64,000 nt of DNA from Sulfitobacter sp. (GTDB lineage Bacteria > Pseudomonadota > Alphaproteobacteria > Rhodobacterales > Rhodobacteraceae), in the NCBI GenBank assembly GCA_045105735.1, contig JBGCDV010000006.1, forward strand, positions 115,460 to 179,459, given 5' to 3'. The translations under genes were made by a program, and so were the position numbers. The notes under the pieces were generated by a model, which was not told the DNA's origin, searched no databases, and was given only the letters and a program-made list of their open reading frames with translations. Shown in pieces: positions 19,149 to 27,808 of the stretch (its first letter is position 1; each line of letters starts with the position of its first letter).

Positions 19149-20402
19149 TCAGTGCAAATTATGCTGAGACCCGGTGGCCTCTTCATCCATCAGCCCGCGC
19201 CCCGTCCGGAACCGGTCCAGCCGGAAGGCCGCCGCAGCATCATGGTGCTGGCCTGTCGCCATCAGATGCGCAAAGCTGAAACCGGATCCCGGCACCGCCT
19301 TGAACCCGCCATAACACCAGCCGCAATTGATAAAGAGCCCATCGGTCTGCGTCTTGTCGATCATCGGGGAGCCATCGGGGGTCATGTCCATGATCCCCCC
19401 CCAGGAGCGCAACAACTTCGCTTTGCCAATGGCAGGCATCAGGGTCATCGCGGCCTCCATCACATGTTCCATCATCGGCATGTTGCCCCGCGCGGCATAG
19501 GAGGCATAGAAATCCAGATCACCCCCAAAGACGAGGCCACCCTTGTCAGATTGGCTGATGTAGAAGTGCCCCATGCCATAGCTGACCACATGGTCGATCA
19601 CAGGTTTCAGCCCTTCACTGACAAAGGCCTGCAAGACATGGCTCTCAATCGGCAGCCGCATGCCCGCCATCTGCGCCACCTGCCCCGACCGGCCCGCCAC
19701 GACAATCCCGACCTTCTTGGCTTTGATGGCCCCGCGCGTGGTCTGCACGCCGCGCACCTGTCCATTCTCAATGTCGATCCCTGTCACTTCACACTGCTGG
19801 ATCAGGTCCACGCCGCGCTGGTCCGCGCCCCGCGCATAGCCCCAGGCCACCGCGTCGTGGCGCGCTGACCCGCCACGCCGGTGCAGCAAACCGCCGTAGA
19901 TCGGGAACCGCGTATTGTCGAAATCCAGATAGGGAAGCAGATGCCGGACACCCTCGCGGTCCAGAAGTTCGGCATCATCTCCCTGAGACATCATCATGTT
20001 GCCACGCCGTGCGAAGGCGTCGCGCTGGCCGTCCGAATGGCACAACATCAACACACCGCGCTGCGACATCATCGCGTTGTAATTGAGGTCTTGTTCCATC
20101 CCTTCCCATAGTTTCAACGAATGGGAATAAAACTGCGAATTGCCCTCAAGCCCGTAGTTCGCGCGCACGATCGTTGTGTTTCGCCCCACATTGCCGCCAC
20201 CAAGGTAGCCCTTTTCAAGCACAGCGATGTTCGTCATCCCGTGGTTCTTGGCCAGATAATACGCCGTAGAAAGCCCATGCCCGCCGCCACCTATGATGAT
20301 GGCGTCATATTCTGACTTGGGTTCGGGGTCACGCCAATGCGGCGTCCAGCCTTTGTTGCCGGTCAATCCCTCGCGCAGCACGCGCCATCCCGAAAACGTC
20401 AT
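19149..20402 (-). CDS. soxB: sarcosine oxidase subunit beta
   Basis: YDAIIIGGGGHGLSTAYYLAKNHGMTNIAVLEKGYLGGGNVGRNTT. Starting at the internal ATG (MTFSGWRVLREG) gives about 417 aa, the usual SoxB size. Confidence 0.93.
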   Translation of the reverse strand: MTFSGWRVLREGLTGNKGWTPHWRDPEPKSEYDAIIIGGGGHGLSTAYYLAKNHGMTNIAVLEKGYLGGGNVGRNTTIVRANYGLEGNSQFYSHSLKLWEGMEQDLNYNAMMSQRGVLMLCHSDGQRDAFARRGNMMMSQGDDAELLDREGVRHLLPYLDFDNTRFPIYGGLLHRRGGSARHDAVAWGYARGADQRGVDLIQQCEVTGIDIENGQVRGVQTTRGAIKAKKVGIVVAGRSGQVAQMAGMRLPIESHVLQAFVSEGLKPVIDHVVSYGMGHFYISQSDKGGLVFGGDLDFYASYAARGNMPMMEHVMEAAMTLMPAIGKAKLLRSWGGIMDMTPDGSPMIDKTQTDGLFINCGWCYGGFKAVPGSGFSFAHLMATGQHHDAAAAFRLDRFRTGRGLMDEEATGSQHNLH

Positions 20403-20531
20403 CACACCCCCAAGGTTTCTGAACGCAGCCCTTTGGCAGGACTGCTCAGACCAGATTACCCATTGGCTCGGCGATGGCACCCCCTAAATGCGCCGCCTGG
20501 TGTCGTATTTCATCTTTTTGAATGGCACCGG

Positions 20532-21287
20532 TTAGGATGTCACGGATGCCTCGCCCAGCGATTTCATTGCGGCGATGTAGGGCCCGGGCCCATGGCTGAT
20601 CCGTTTGACACCTGCTTGCGCCAAATCAGCGATTTCAACGCCACCCCCCATCCGCATCACGTTCACGGGCAAAGGCTGACGGGCGCAGATCTGCGCAATC
20701 AGATCAAGATCGCTCAGCCCCGGAACAAAAAGCCCATCCGCCCCGGCTTGGGCATAAGCCGCTGCGCGTTCCAGTGCCGCCTCCAGCAGATCCTCGGCGG
20801 CGGGGGTGTCACCCTGAAAAAACACATCCGTGCGCGCGTTGATGAAGAAGGGCAGGCCCGCGTCCTGTGCAATGCCGCGGATCGCCGCGATCCGGGCGGC
20901 ATGATCCGAGATGTCGTGCAATCCCTTTGCGCCCACAACCCGGTCCTCAATGTTCAGGCCTACTGCACCGGTCCTCATCAACAGCCTCGCATTTGCGGCT
21001 GTTTCTTCGGGACTCACAGCGTAGCCACCCTCAAAATCCACAGTGACCGGCACCTCCACGGCACGCACAATCTGTTGCGCTGTCCGCAAAGCGTCGGCCA
21101 TCGGCAGCGCTTCCCCGTCAGCGAACCCTTGTGCCGCCGCGACAGACCAACTGCCCGTTGCAATCGCCGCAGCACCTGCTTGCGCCACGGCCTTTGCGGA
21201 GCCTGCGTCCCAGATGTTCCACAACACAAGTGGTGTGTCCTGCGTATGCAACGCCTTAAAGGTTCGCGCCTTTTCAACCTGATCCAT
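20532..21287 (-). CDS. isocitrate lyase / PEP mutase family protein (2-methylisocitrate lyase-like)
   Basis: MDQVEKARTFKALHTQDTPLVLWNIWDAGSAKAV...GAVGLNIEDR...FINARTDVF. Its ATG overlaps the ada stop (TAATG). The longer ORF 20532..21539 extends into ada and is not credible. Confidence 0.8.
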   Translation of the reverse strand: MDQVEKARTFKALHTQDTPLVLWNIWDAGSAKAVAQAGAAAIATGSWSVAAAQGFADGEALPMADALRTAQQIVRAVEVPVTVDFEGGYAVSPEETAANARLLMRTGAVGLNIEDRVVGAKGLHDISDHAARIAAIRGIAQDAGLPFFINARTDVFFQGDTPAAEDLLEAALERAAAYAQAGADGLFVPGLSDLDLIAQICARQPLPVNVMRMGGGVEIADLAQAGVKRISHGPGPYIAAMKSLGEASVTS

Positions 21288-22354
21288 TATGTTTCCTTTG
21301 TCTTGCGGGCAAAACCGCGTTCCAATTCGATCAACGCCTGCTTGCGCCACAGGCCGCCCCCATATCCTGTCAGGGCACCATCGGCCCCCAAAACCCGGTG
21401 GCAGGGGATCACAATGGCGATGGGGTTTGCGCCATTGGCCCGCGCCACCGCGCGCGTGGCCGCCGGCCGCCCCATCATCCGGGCCACATCGCTGTAGGCG
21501 CGGGTCTCCCCGGCAGGGATAGTGCGCAAGGTATCCCAAACCGCCTGCGTAAATGGCGTGCCCAAAGGCGCCAGCCGCGTCTCAAACCGTGCAGAACGCG
21601 CGGCCATGAAATCGGCCATCTCCCGCTCTACCTGATCAGTGGGCGCAAAGCGGCCAAAGCCAAGCGAGCCTTTGGCATGAGCAAAAAGGCGTTTCAATTC
21701 GGCGGGCAACGCCTTGCGTTCCGCAAACTCCAACAGGTGCAAGGCATGGGCGTCGCTGACGGCGATCATCGGTCCCAGCTTTGTCTCAATCCAGTCGGCG
21801 CGCAGCAGCGCATTGTGCACAAACTTGCCCGGTGCCATCCCCAGCCAACGGGCAAATGCCGCCCGGAACGCACCGGGGCTGTCATAGTTCGCCGCCATCT
21901 GCGCGTCGATCACGCGCCCGCCATCCGGCAGAGCCGCAGCCCCTGTGCGCAGGCGTGACACCCGGGCCATCTCAAGGAAAGTCATGCCAAAATGCCGGTT
22001 GAAGGCGCGCCGCGCGGTCGAAGCGTCAATACCCAACGCGGCCACATCGCTCTCTTTCCAGCGCCGCGCGGGATCTGCCTGCATCGCAGCCAGCAGCTTT
22101 GCCACGTTTGGGTCCGCATCCCCTGCGGGTGCCATCGGATGACAGCGTTTACAGGCGCGATACCCCGCTTCGATACATCCGCCAATGCTGTCAAAGAACC
22201 TGCAGTTCTCACGCTTCGGTTTTCGGGCAGGACACGTCAGCCGACAAAACACACCGGTTGAGGTCACACCGACATAAGCGCGCCCATCAAACCCGGCATC
22301 GCGGGCCAGCAACGCGTCATAGAGCGCATCATCAGAGGGAAGATCGAACATCAT
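21287..22354 (-). CDS. ada: bifunctional Ada-type regulator / methylated-DNA-protein-cysteine methyltransferase
   Basis: N-terminal Ada zinc domain (GVFCRLTCPARKPKRENCRFF), an AraC-type HTH in the middle, and a C-terminal MGMT active site (IVIPCHRVLGADG). Start taken at MMFDLPSDDALYDALL. Confidence 0.85.
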   Translation of the reverse strand: MMFDLPSDDALYDALLARDAGFDGRAYVGVTSTGVFCRLTCPARKPKRENCRFFDSIGGCIEAGYRACKRCHPMAPAGDADPNVAKLLAAMQADPARRWKESDVAALGIDASTARRAFNRHFGMTFLEMARVSRLRTGAAALPDGGRVIDAQMAANYDSPGAFRAAFARWLGMAPGKFVHNALLRADWIETKLGPMIAVSDAHALHLLEFAERKALPAELKRLFAHAKGSLGFGRFAPTDQVEREMADFMAARSARFETRLAPLGTPFTQAVWDTLRTIPAGETRAYSDVARMMGRPAATRAVARANGANPIAIVIPCHRVLGADGALTGYGGGLWRKQALIELERGFARKTKET

Positions 22355-22413
22355 GCGCCCTGCATAGAGCTGATCAGGGCCGCTGTCCGCCTGCATTCGG
22401 GCGTCTATTCAAC

Positions 22414-22839
22414 TCAGTGATAGAAATCGCAAAGATACCCATCATGCGCCCAGCCTTGCACGGGCAAGTTCTTGACCTGCTGGCTGCGCCCGTTCAGGGT
22501 CACGGAGCGGTAGCCGTCGACGATTCGCACCCAGCGCCCGCGCCGTTCACGAATATCCACCGTCAGGATCGCCAGTCGGTTAAAAGCACGCACTTTGCCA
22601 TAGGAGGAGCCGGGACCGCTGCGCACCGTCAAAAACCCATCCGGACCATTCACGTTACACACCATCGCGTCCAGCAGGGCAATTGAGCTGAGGCCCCAGT
22701 TGGCACGGGCGAGGCCGGCAAGCTCTACCTCCCCATAGATACGGTATTCAGCCGAGACTGCGCCGCCCCAGAGCATCGCGAGAAGGGCCAAGCTGGCCCT
22801 CCCCTTTTTCAAGCGCCCGGCTTTCGACCGAAGGCTCAT
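22414..22839 (-). CDS. secreted SH3-like domain protein, hypothetical
   Basis: Signal peptide (ASLALLAMLWGGAVSA). It contains FLTVRSGPGSSYGKVRAFNRLAILTV...GRWVRI, which resembles a bacterial SH3 domain. ATGA overlap with the gdh stop. Confidence 0.55.
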   Translation of the reverse strand: MSLRSKAGRLKKGRASLALLAMLWGGAVSAEYRIYGEVELAGLARANWGLSSIALLDAMVCNVNGPDGFLTVRSGPGSSYGKVRAFNRLAILTVDIRERRGRWVRIVDGYRSVTLNGRSQQVKNLPVQGWAHDGYLCDFYH

Positions 22840-24266
22840 AGTCCTTTGGCACGGTAGCTGGCGGCGACCTTTTCGATCGACACCAGATAGGCGGCTGTGC
22901 GCAGATCATCGACGTCATCGCGGCTGTGCCAGACATGCGCCATCGACTGATAGGCCGTCTGCATCGTGTCATCGAGGCCAGAACGCACCAGTTCCAGCTC
23001 CCCCGCACCGCGCAGATACTTGTCTTTGAAATCCGGGCTAAGCTCCCAGCCGATCCCGGAATCCGAGCTGAGCCGTTCCAGCTCATCGACAACCAACTGG
23101 TGCCGCGCCTCTTCTTGGCGGCGCTGCATCCGGCCAAAGCGGATGTGGCTGAGGTTTTTGACCCACTCAAAGTAAGAGACCGTCACACCGCCAGCATTGG
23201 CATACATGTCAGGAATGATCACCGTGCCTTTGCCGCGCAAAATCTCATCCGCGCCCGCAGTCACCGGTCCATTTGCGGCCTCAATGATCAGCGGGGCCTG
23301 CACACGCTCCGCGTTGGACAGGTTGATAACCCCCTCAAGTGCCGCGGGGATCAAGATATCGCACGCCGCTTCAAGCAAGGCGGCACCGTCCTCTTGCATG
23401 TTCGCGTCAGGATATCCTTTGATCGTGCCATGCTTGGCGATCCACTGATGGACCGCATCGACATCCAGACCCTTTTCATCATGCAGCGCGCCGTCACGCT
23501 CAATGATGCCGGTGATCAGGCTGCCATCTTCTTCGCTCAGGAATTTGGCCGCGTGATAGCCCACGTTGCCAAGGCCCTGAACGACGACACGTTTGCCTTT
23601 CAGTGTGCCCGAGAGCCCGGCCTTCTTCATGCCTTCTGCATCGTTAAAGAAAGCGTGCAGCGCGTATTGCACGCCGCGGCCCGTGGCCTCTGTCCGGCCC
23701 TGAATACCACCGGCGTTCGTCGGCTTGCCTGTGACGCAGGCCACGCCATTGATGTCGGTCGTGTTCATCCGTTTGTATTGATCGGCGATCCACGCCATCT
23801 CCCGCTCGCCTGTGCCCATATCGGGGGCGGGCACGTTTTGCGCCGGGTTGATCATGTCACGCTTGATCAGTTCATACGCGAAACGGCGGGTGATCAGCTC
23901 GAGTTCATTGTCATCATATTCGCGCGGATCAATACAAAGCCCGCCCTTGGAGCCTCCAAATGGGGCCTCCACCAGCGAACACTTGTAGGTCATCAGAGCG
24001 GCCAGAGCCTCAACTTCGTCTTGATTGACCCCCAGCGCGAACCGAATGCCGCCTTTGACGGGTTCCATATGCTCTGAATGGACGGATCTGTAGCCGGTAA
24101 AGGTCTCGATCTTGCCGCGCAGGCGTACGCCAAAACGCACCGTGTAGGTCGCGTTGCATACCCTTATCTTCTCTTCCAGCCCTGGCGGCAGGTCCATGAG
24201 CGCCACGGCGCGGTTGAACATGATGTCTACACTTTCGCGAAAACTCGGCTCGTTGGCTGGTTGCAT
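22836..24266 (-). CDS. Glu/Leu/Phe/Val dehydrogenase family (glutamate dehydrogenase)
   Basis: Catalytic motif APFGGSKGGLCIDP and NAD(P) fold VVVQGLGNVGYHAAKFL. Start at ATG 24266 with GGAGAG upstream; the earlier 29 codons in the ORF track look spurious. Confidence 0.9.
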   Translation of the reverse strand: MQPANEPSFRESVDIMFNRAVALMDLPPGLEEKIRVCNATYTVRFGVRLRGKIETFTGYRSVHSEHMEPVKGGIRFALGVNQDEVEALAALMTYKCSLVEAPFGGSKGGLCIDPREYDDNELELITRRFAYELIKRDMINPAQNVPAPDMGTGEREMAWIADQYKRMNTTDINGVACVTGKPTNAGGIQGRTEATGRGVQYALHAFFNDAEGMKKAGLSGTLKGKRVVVQGLGNVGYHAAKFLSEEDGSLITGIIERDGALHDEKGLDVDAVHQWIAKHGTIKGYPDANMQEDGAALLEAACDILIPAALEGVINLSNAERVQAPLIIEAANGPVTAGADEILRGKGTVIIPDMYANAGGVTVSYFEWVKNLSHIRFGRMQRRQEEARHQLVVDELERLSSDSGIGWELSPDFKDKYLRGAGELELVRSGLDDTMQTAYQSMAHVWHSRDDVDDLRTAAYLVSIEKVAASYRAKGL

Positions 24267-24631
24267 CTGTCTCTCCTGTTGCAGGTCAAAAGGGCGCGTC
24301 CCACGGGAAACAGGCATCGGCGACTCATCGCCATGCCTCCTCCCCTCACACATCCTATCGCCCGAATTTCAATGCTGCGACTTTATTAATCATTAACGAC
24401 TGTGTTTCAGGCACGGCGCGCAGAACGCCAGAAATGACCGGATTGTTCAGAACGGCGAAACAGCGGCGCTGTTTGGGCATCATTAACGCTTAAAAAACTC
24501 CTAAAATGCCCATATTTGTCAATGATTTGCCCCAATTCAGCCATGTTTGAAGGACACAACCATCATAAGCAAAAGTCCGCCCATGTTGCCGAGTCCCTCA
24601 CGAAGGGGGATGGCTGGAAAGGTTTTAGACG

Positions 24632-26086
24632 ATGACACGAGAAACACGCGACACACGCCCCGATCTGCGCGATTTGATTGCGTTTTCACGCAGCTTTGCG
24701 CGGGATGAGGACGGCATGATCACGATCTTCGCCTGCTTTATGATCATTATGATGATGATGATTGGCGGCATCGGTGCCGACATGATGCGCCATGAAATGG
24801 AACGCACCCGCATTCAGGCTGTGGCCGACCGCGCCGTGCTTGCAGCGGCTGACCTTGATCAGACGCTGGATGCTGAATTTGTGGTCCGCGACTACTTTGA
24901 AAAATCCGGGATGGCTGATTTCGTCTCGGGCGTCGAAGTGGATCAGGGTCTCAACTACAAGACCGTGTCCGTCGATGCCTCCATGACCATCAACACACAG
25001 TTCATGGATTGGATGGGCCTTGAGACATTGCGCGTGCCCGCACTGTCCGAAGCCGAAGAGAAGGTCAACAAGGTTGAGATTTCACTTGTCGTCGACATCT
25101 CCGGCTCAATGAAGAACGACAACAAGATGCAGAACCTCAGGGATGCGGCAAACACCTTTGTCGACTCTGTTCTGACAACGTCCAATCAGGATCTGATCTC
25201 GATCTCGCTCGTGCCCTATTCGGAGCATGTGAATGCAGGACGCCCGATCTACGATTTGCTGAACGTGGATCATCTGCACGACTACTCACACTGCATTGAA
25301 CTCCCCGACTCCGAGTTCAATCATGTACGCCTAAACCGCAGCATGTCGTATGAACAGATGCAGCACTATCAGTGGAACTACTACTCCATCGAATCCGGGA
25401 ACCAGTTGAACACCCGCTATGACACGGTCTGCCCGCGCAATGGTGATGGTCCACTCATTTCCGACCGTTTTGAAGGCATCACTGCTTTCAGTCAGGACCC
25501 AATCGCGCTCAAGAGCCAGATCAACTTGCTGCAGCCCCGCGCTGGTACGTCGATCTTCCTCGGCATGAAATGGGGCGCTGCGATGCTTGACCCGGATTTC
25601 AATGCCATCACATCAGCTCTGTCGGGTCAGGGACTTGTAGATAGTGTCTTTAATGGCCGTCCATCCGCTTACTCCGATGATGAGACGCTCAAGACCGTGA
25701 TCTTGATGACGGATGGTCAGAACGACCGCTCTTACCGGATCAAAAGCCGATATTATGACGCTGAGTCAGAGTATGTGCACTGGAATAACTGGAACCTCCA
25801 GTACTACCTGAACCGCTACGTGAACGGGTACTACCACAACCGCTTTTATGAGCAAAAATACGATGCGATCTATGGCGATACCCTGCTTGATAACATCTGC
25901 GACGCGGCCAAGCTCAAGAAGATTATCATCTGGGCCATCGGTTTCGAAGTGACCGACCACGGGGCAAACGTGATGCGCGAGTGCGCCTCCTCCCCCAGCC
26001 ACTTCTTCCGTGTGGAAGGTGTTGAGATCGAGGAAGCCTTCTCGTCCATCGCCCGCCAGATCAACCAGCTGAGGCTCACACAATGA
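24632..26086 (+). CDS. TadG-like putative Flp-pilus-assembly protein with a vWA domain
   Basis: The N-terminal TadE/G-like segment (FARDEDGMITIFACFMIIMMMMIGGIGADMMRHE) is followed by a vWA domain with a MIDAS motif (ISLVVDISGSM...ILMTDGQN). The gene is visibly more AT-rich than its neighbours. Confidence 0.8.
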   Translation: MTRETRDTRPDLRDLIAFSRSFARDEDGMITIFACFMIIMMMMIGGIGADMMRHEMERTRIQAVADRAVLAAADLDQTLDAEFVVRDYFEKSGMADFVSGVEVDQGLNYKTVSVDASMTINTQFMDWMGLETLRVPALSEAEEKVNKVEISLVVDISGSMKNDNKMQNLRDAANTFVDSVLTTSNQDLISISLVPYSEHVNAGRPIYDLLNVDHLHDYSHCIELPDSEFNHVRLNRSMSYEQMQHYQWNYYSIESGNQLNTRYDTVCPRNGDGPLISDRFEGITAFSQDPIALKSQINLLQPRAGTSIFLGMKWGAAMLDPDFNAITSALSGQGLVDSVFNGRPSAYSDDETLKTVILMTDGQNDRSYRIKSRYYDAESEYVHWNNWNLQYYLNRYVNGYYHNRFYEQKYDAIYGDTLLDNICDAAKLKKIIIWAIGFEVTDHGANVMRECASSPSHFFRVEGVEIEEAFSSIARQINQLRLTQ

Positions 26087-26622
26087 TACGGCCTATGAAA
26101 ACTTTCCTGCGCCGCTTCAAGCGCTCTCAGGATGGCTCTGCCCTTGTGATCGAATTCTGCATCTTTGTGCCGATCCTGTTTGGGGCCTTTCTGATGGCGG
26201 TCGAGATGGGCGTCTATTCCATGCGCCAGATGTATCTGGACCGGAGCCTTGATGTCGCGGTGCGCTTTATCCGGCTGAACACAAACGGCAACTATGATCA
26301 CACCACGATCAAGCAGATGGTGTGTGACAATGCCGGGTGGCTTGAAAACTGCGACAGCTCGCTGCGCCTTGAGATGGTGTCGGTGAACCCGCGTCAGTTT
26401 GCACAGTTCCAGCAGAATGCCGACTGCGTGGACACGTCATTGCCAGTTGTGCCGGTGCGTGGCTTTTCCTTGGGTCAGGAAAACGAGCTGATGATGCTGC
26501 GTGCCTGCATCAAGTTCACGCCGCTCTATCCGACCAGCGGTCTGGGCTATGCTCTGGACAAAGACGGTGCCGGACAGGCCAAAATGATTTCATCCTCTAC
26601 CTTCGTACAGGAGCCAGGCTAA
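26083..26622 (+). CDS. TadE-like protein
   Basis: FKRSQDGSALVIEFCIFVPILFGAFLMAVEMG is the TadE N-terminal pattern. ATGA overlap with the upstream gene. Confidence 0.75.
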   Translation: MIRPMKTFLRRFKRSQDGSALVIEFCIFVPILFGAFLMAVEMGVYSMRQMYLDRSLDVAVRFIRLNTNGNYDHTTIKQMVCDNAGWLENCDSSLRLEMVSVNPRQFAQFQQNADCVDTSLPVVPVRGFSLGQENELMMLRACIKFTPLYPTSGLGYALDKDGAGQAKMISSSTFVQEPG

Positions 26623-27179
26623 TGTATCTGACATGGATAAAGACCCGGCTGGCAGGATTTGCCCGCCGCGAAGACGGGACCATCGCGGTCGAGGCGATGA
26701 TCATCCTGCCGATGATGTTCTGGGCGTTTTTGTCCGTGTTCTCGATCTTTGACACGTACCGGACGTACACAATCAGCCAAAAGGCGGCCTTTACCATCGG
26801 TGACGCGATCTCTCGGGAGACAGCGCCGCTTGATAGTGACTACATGAACGGCATGCATGGTCTGTTTGAGTATTTGTCCCAAAGCCAGGGGCAGTCCTCA
26901 TTGCGGGTGACCTCCCTGCTTTATGACGGCAATGCGGATGAGTTTACGGCAGATTGGTCCAAGGCCCGCGGCTCGCGGCCTGAGCTCACCACAAACGACG
27001 TGCGCAGCTGGACAGACAGGTTGCCGGTGATGCCAAATGGTGAGCGGGTCATGCTGGTGGAAACCTGGAGCACATATGATCCACCTTTCGCCACCGGGTT
27101 GGAGCAGCGTGAAATCAAGAACTTTGTCTTCACGCGCCCCCGTTTTGCCCCCCGCGTCTGCTGGGATCAGTGCAACTGA
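26622..27179 (+). CDS. TadE-like protein
   Basis: FARREDGTIAVEAMIILPMMFWAFLSVFSIFD is the TadE N-terminal pattern. TAATG overlap with the upstream gene. Confidence 0.7.
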   Translation: MYLTWIKTRLAGFARREDGTIAVEAMIILPMMFWAFLSVFSIFDTYRTYTISQKAAFTIGDAISRETAPLDSDYMNGMHGLFEYLSQSQGQSSLRVTSLLYDGNADEFTADWSKARGSRPELTTNDVRSWTDRLPVMPNGERVMLVETWSTYDPPFATGLEQREIKNFVFTRPRFAPRVCWDQCN

Positions 27180-27206
27180 TCTTTGGGTCAGATGAATATG
27201 AGATAC

Positions 27207-27236
27207 AAAACCCCGTGCCGTAGGTGCGGGGTTTTT
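27207..27236. terminator. bidirectional intrinsic terminator
   Basis: AAAACCCCG-tgccgtaggtg-CGGGGTTTTT lies between convergent genes, with a T-run on both strands. Confidence 0.7.
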
Positions 27237-27248
27237 CCATGGCAGACG

Positions 27249-27749
27249 TCAGGAAGGATCATCCTGCGCGTCGCGGGTGGCCATCATTGCTGACAACACC
27301 TCAGACATGAACTTTGTCTGGCTGCCCGGTGTCATGCCACCGATCCCAACACGCCGCCCCATCCGCCACCAAAGGCCGGGCCGCCACGTGCGCCCCTCAC
27401 CTGAACGGGTTTTGAGCAGAAAGCCGTTCGACGGTTTAAACGCGAAGAAACCGCGGTCCATCCCCACAATGTCGTCGACACGTGCGATCACTGTACCGTC
27501 GGCGTCCCGCAGCTCTTTGGGGGTCAGTTCGATCACGCTTGCGGTGGCCCGGCGCATCGCATCCGTGACCCACAACGACGCTGCGCCGACAACCAGCAAG
27601 AACACCTGCCAGCCCACCGACGGCGGGCGCGCAAATGCAATGTAGATCAACAACACGCCCAACAGGCCCAGCGATGTCAGGCCCAATATCCTGCGCCCCA
27701 TCGACGCGTTTACTGTTGCCAGCACTTCGTTGTTATCTTCAAATCTCAA
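27249..27749 (-). CDS. membrane protein with two N-terminal TM helices and a bacterial PH-like C-terminal domain (tentative)
   Basis: Hydrophobic helices ILGLTSLGLLGVLLIYIAF and WQVFLLVVGAASLWV are followed by a soluble segment (FFAFKPSNGFLLKTR...WWRMGRRVGIGG). The architecture resembles YdbS/YdbT-type bPH proteins; the family call is unverified. Confidence 0.55.
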   Translation of the reverse strand: MRFEDNNEVLATVNASMGRRILGLTSLGLLGVLLIYIAFARPPSVGWQVFLLVVGAASLWVTDAMRRATASVIELTPKELRDADGTVIARVDDIVGMDRGFFAFKPSNGFLLKTRSGEGRTWRPGLWWRMGRRVGIGGMTPGSQTKFMSEVLSAMMATRDAQDDPS

Positions 27750-27808
27750 CGCATCGCTCCGCTTTTGGGTGAGGCGTGCCTAACCTGCGGCCCGACGCGG
27801 GGCAAGCG

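Noticed and set aside
18510-21497. 452-aa and 386-aa + strand ORFs over soxB, orf182 and the PEP-mutase gene
   Set aside because: Antisense shadows with Arg/His/Pro-biased composition; they cross gene boundaries on the coding strand.
24386-24492. CtrA-like TTAA sites in the gdh/Tad spacer
   Set aside because: The TTAA half-sites are separated by 3 nt, not the 7 nt of the CtrA box. I keep them only as an unexplained direct repeat.
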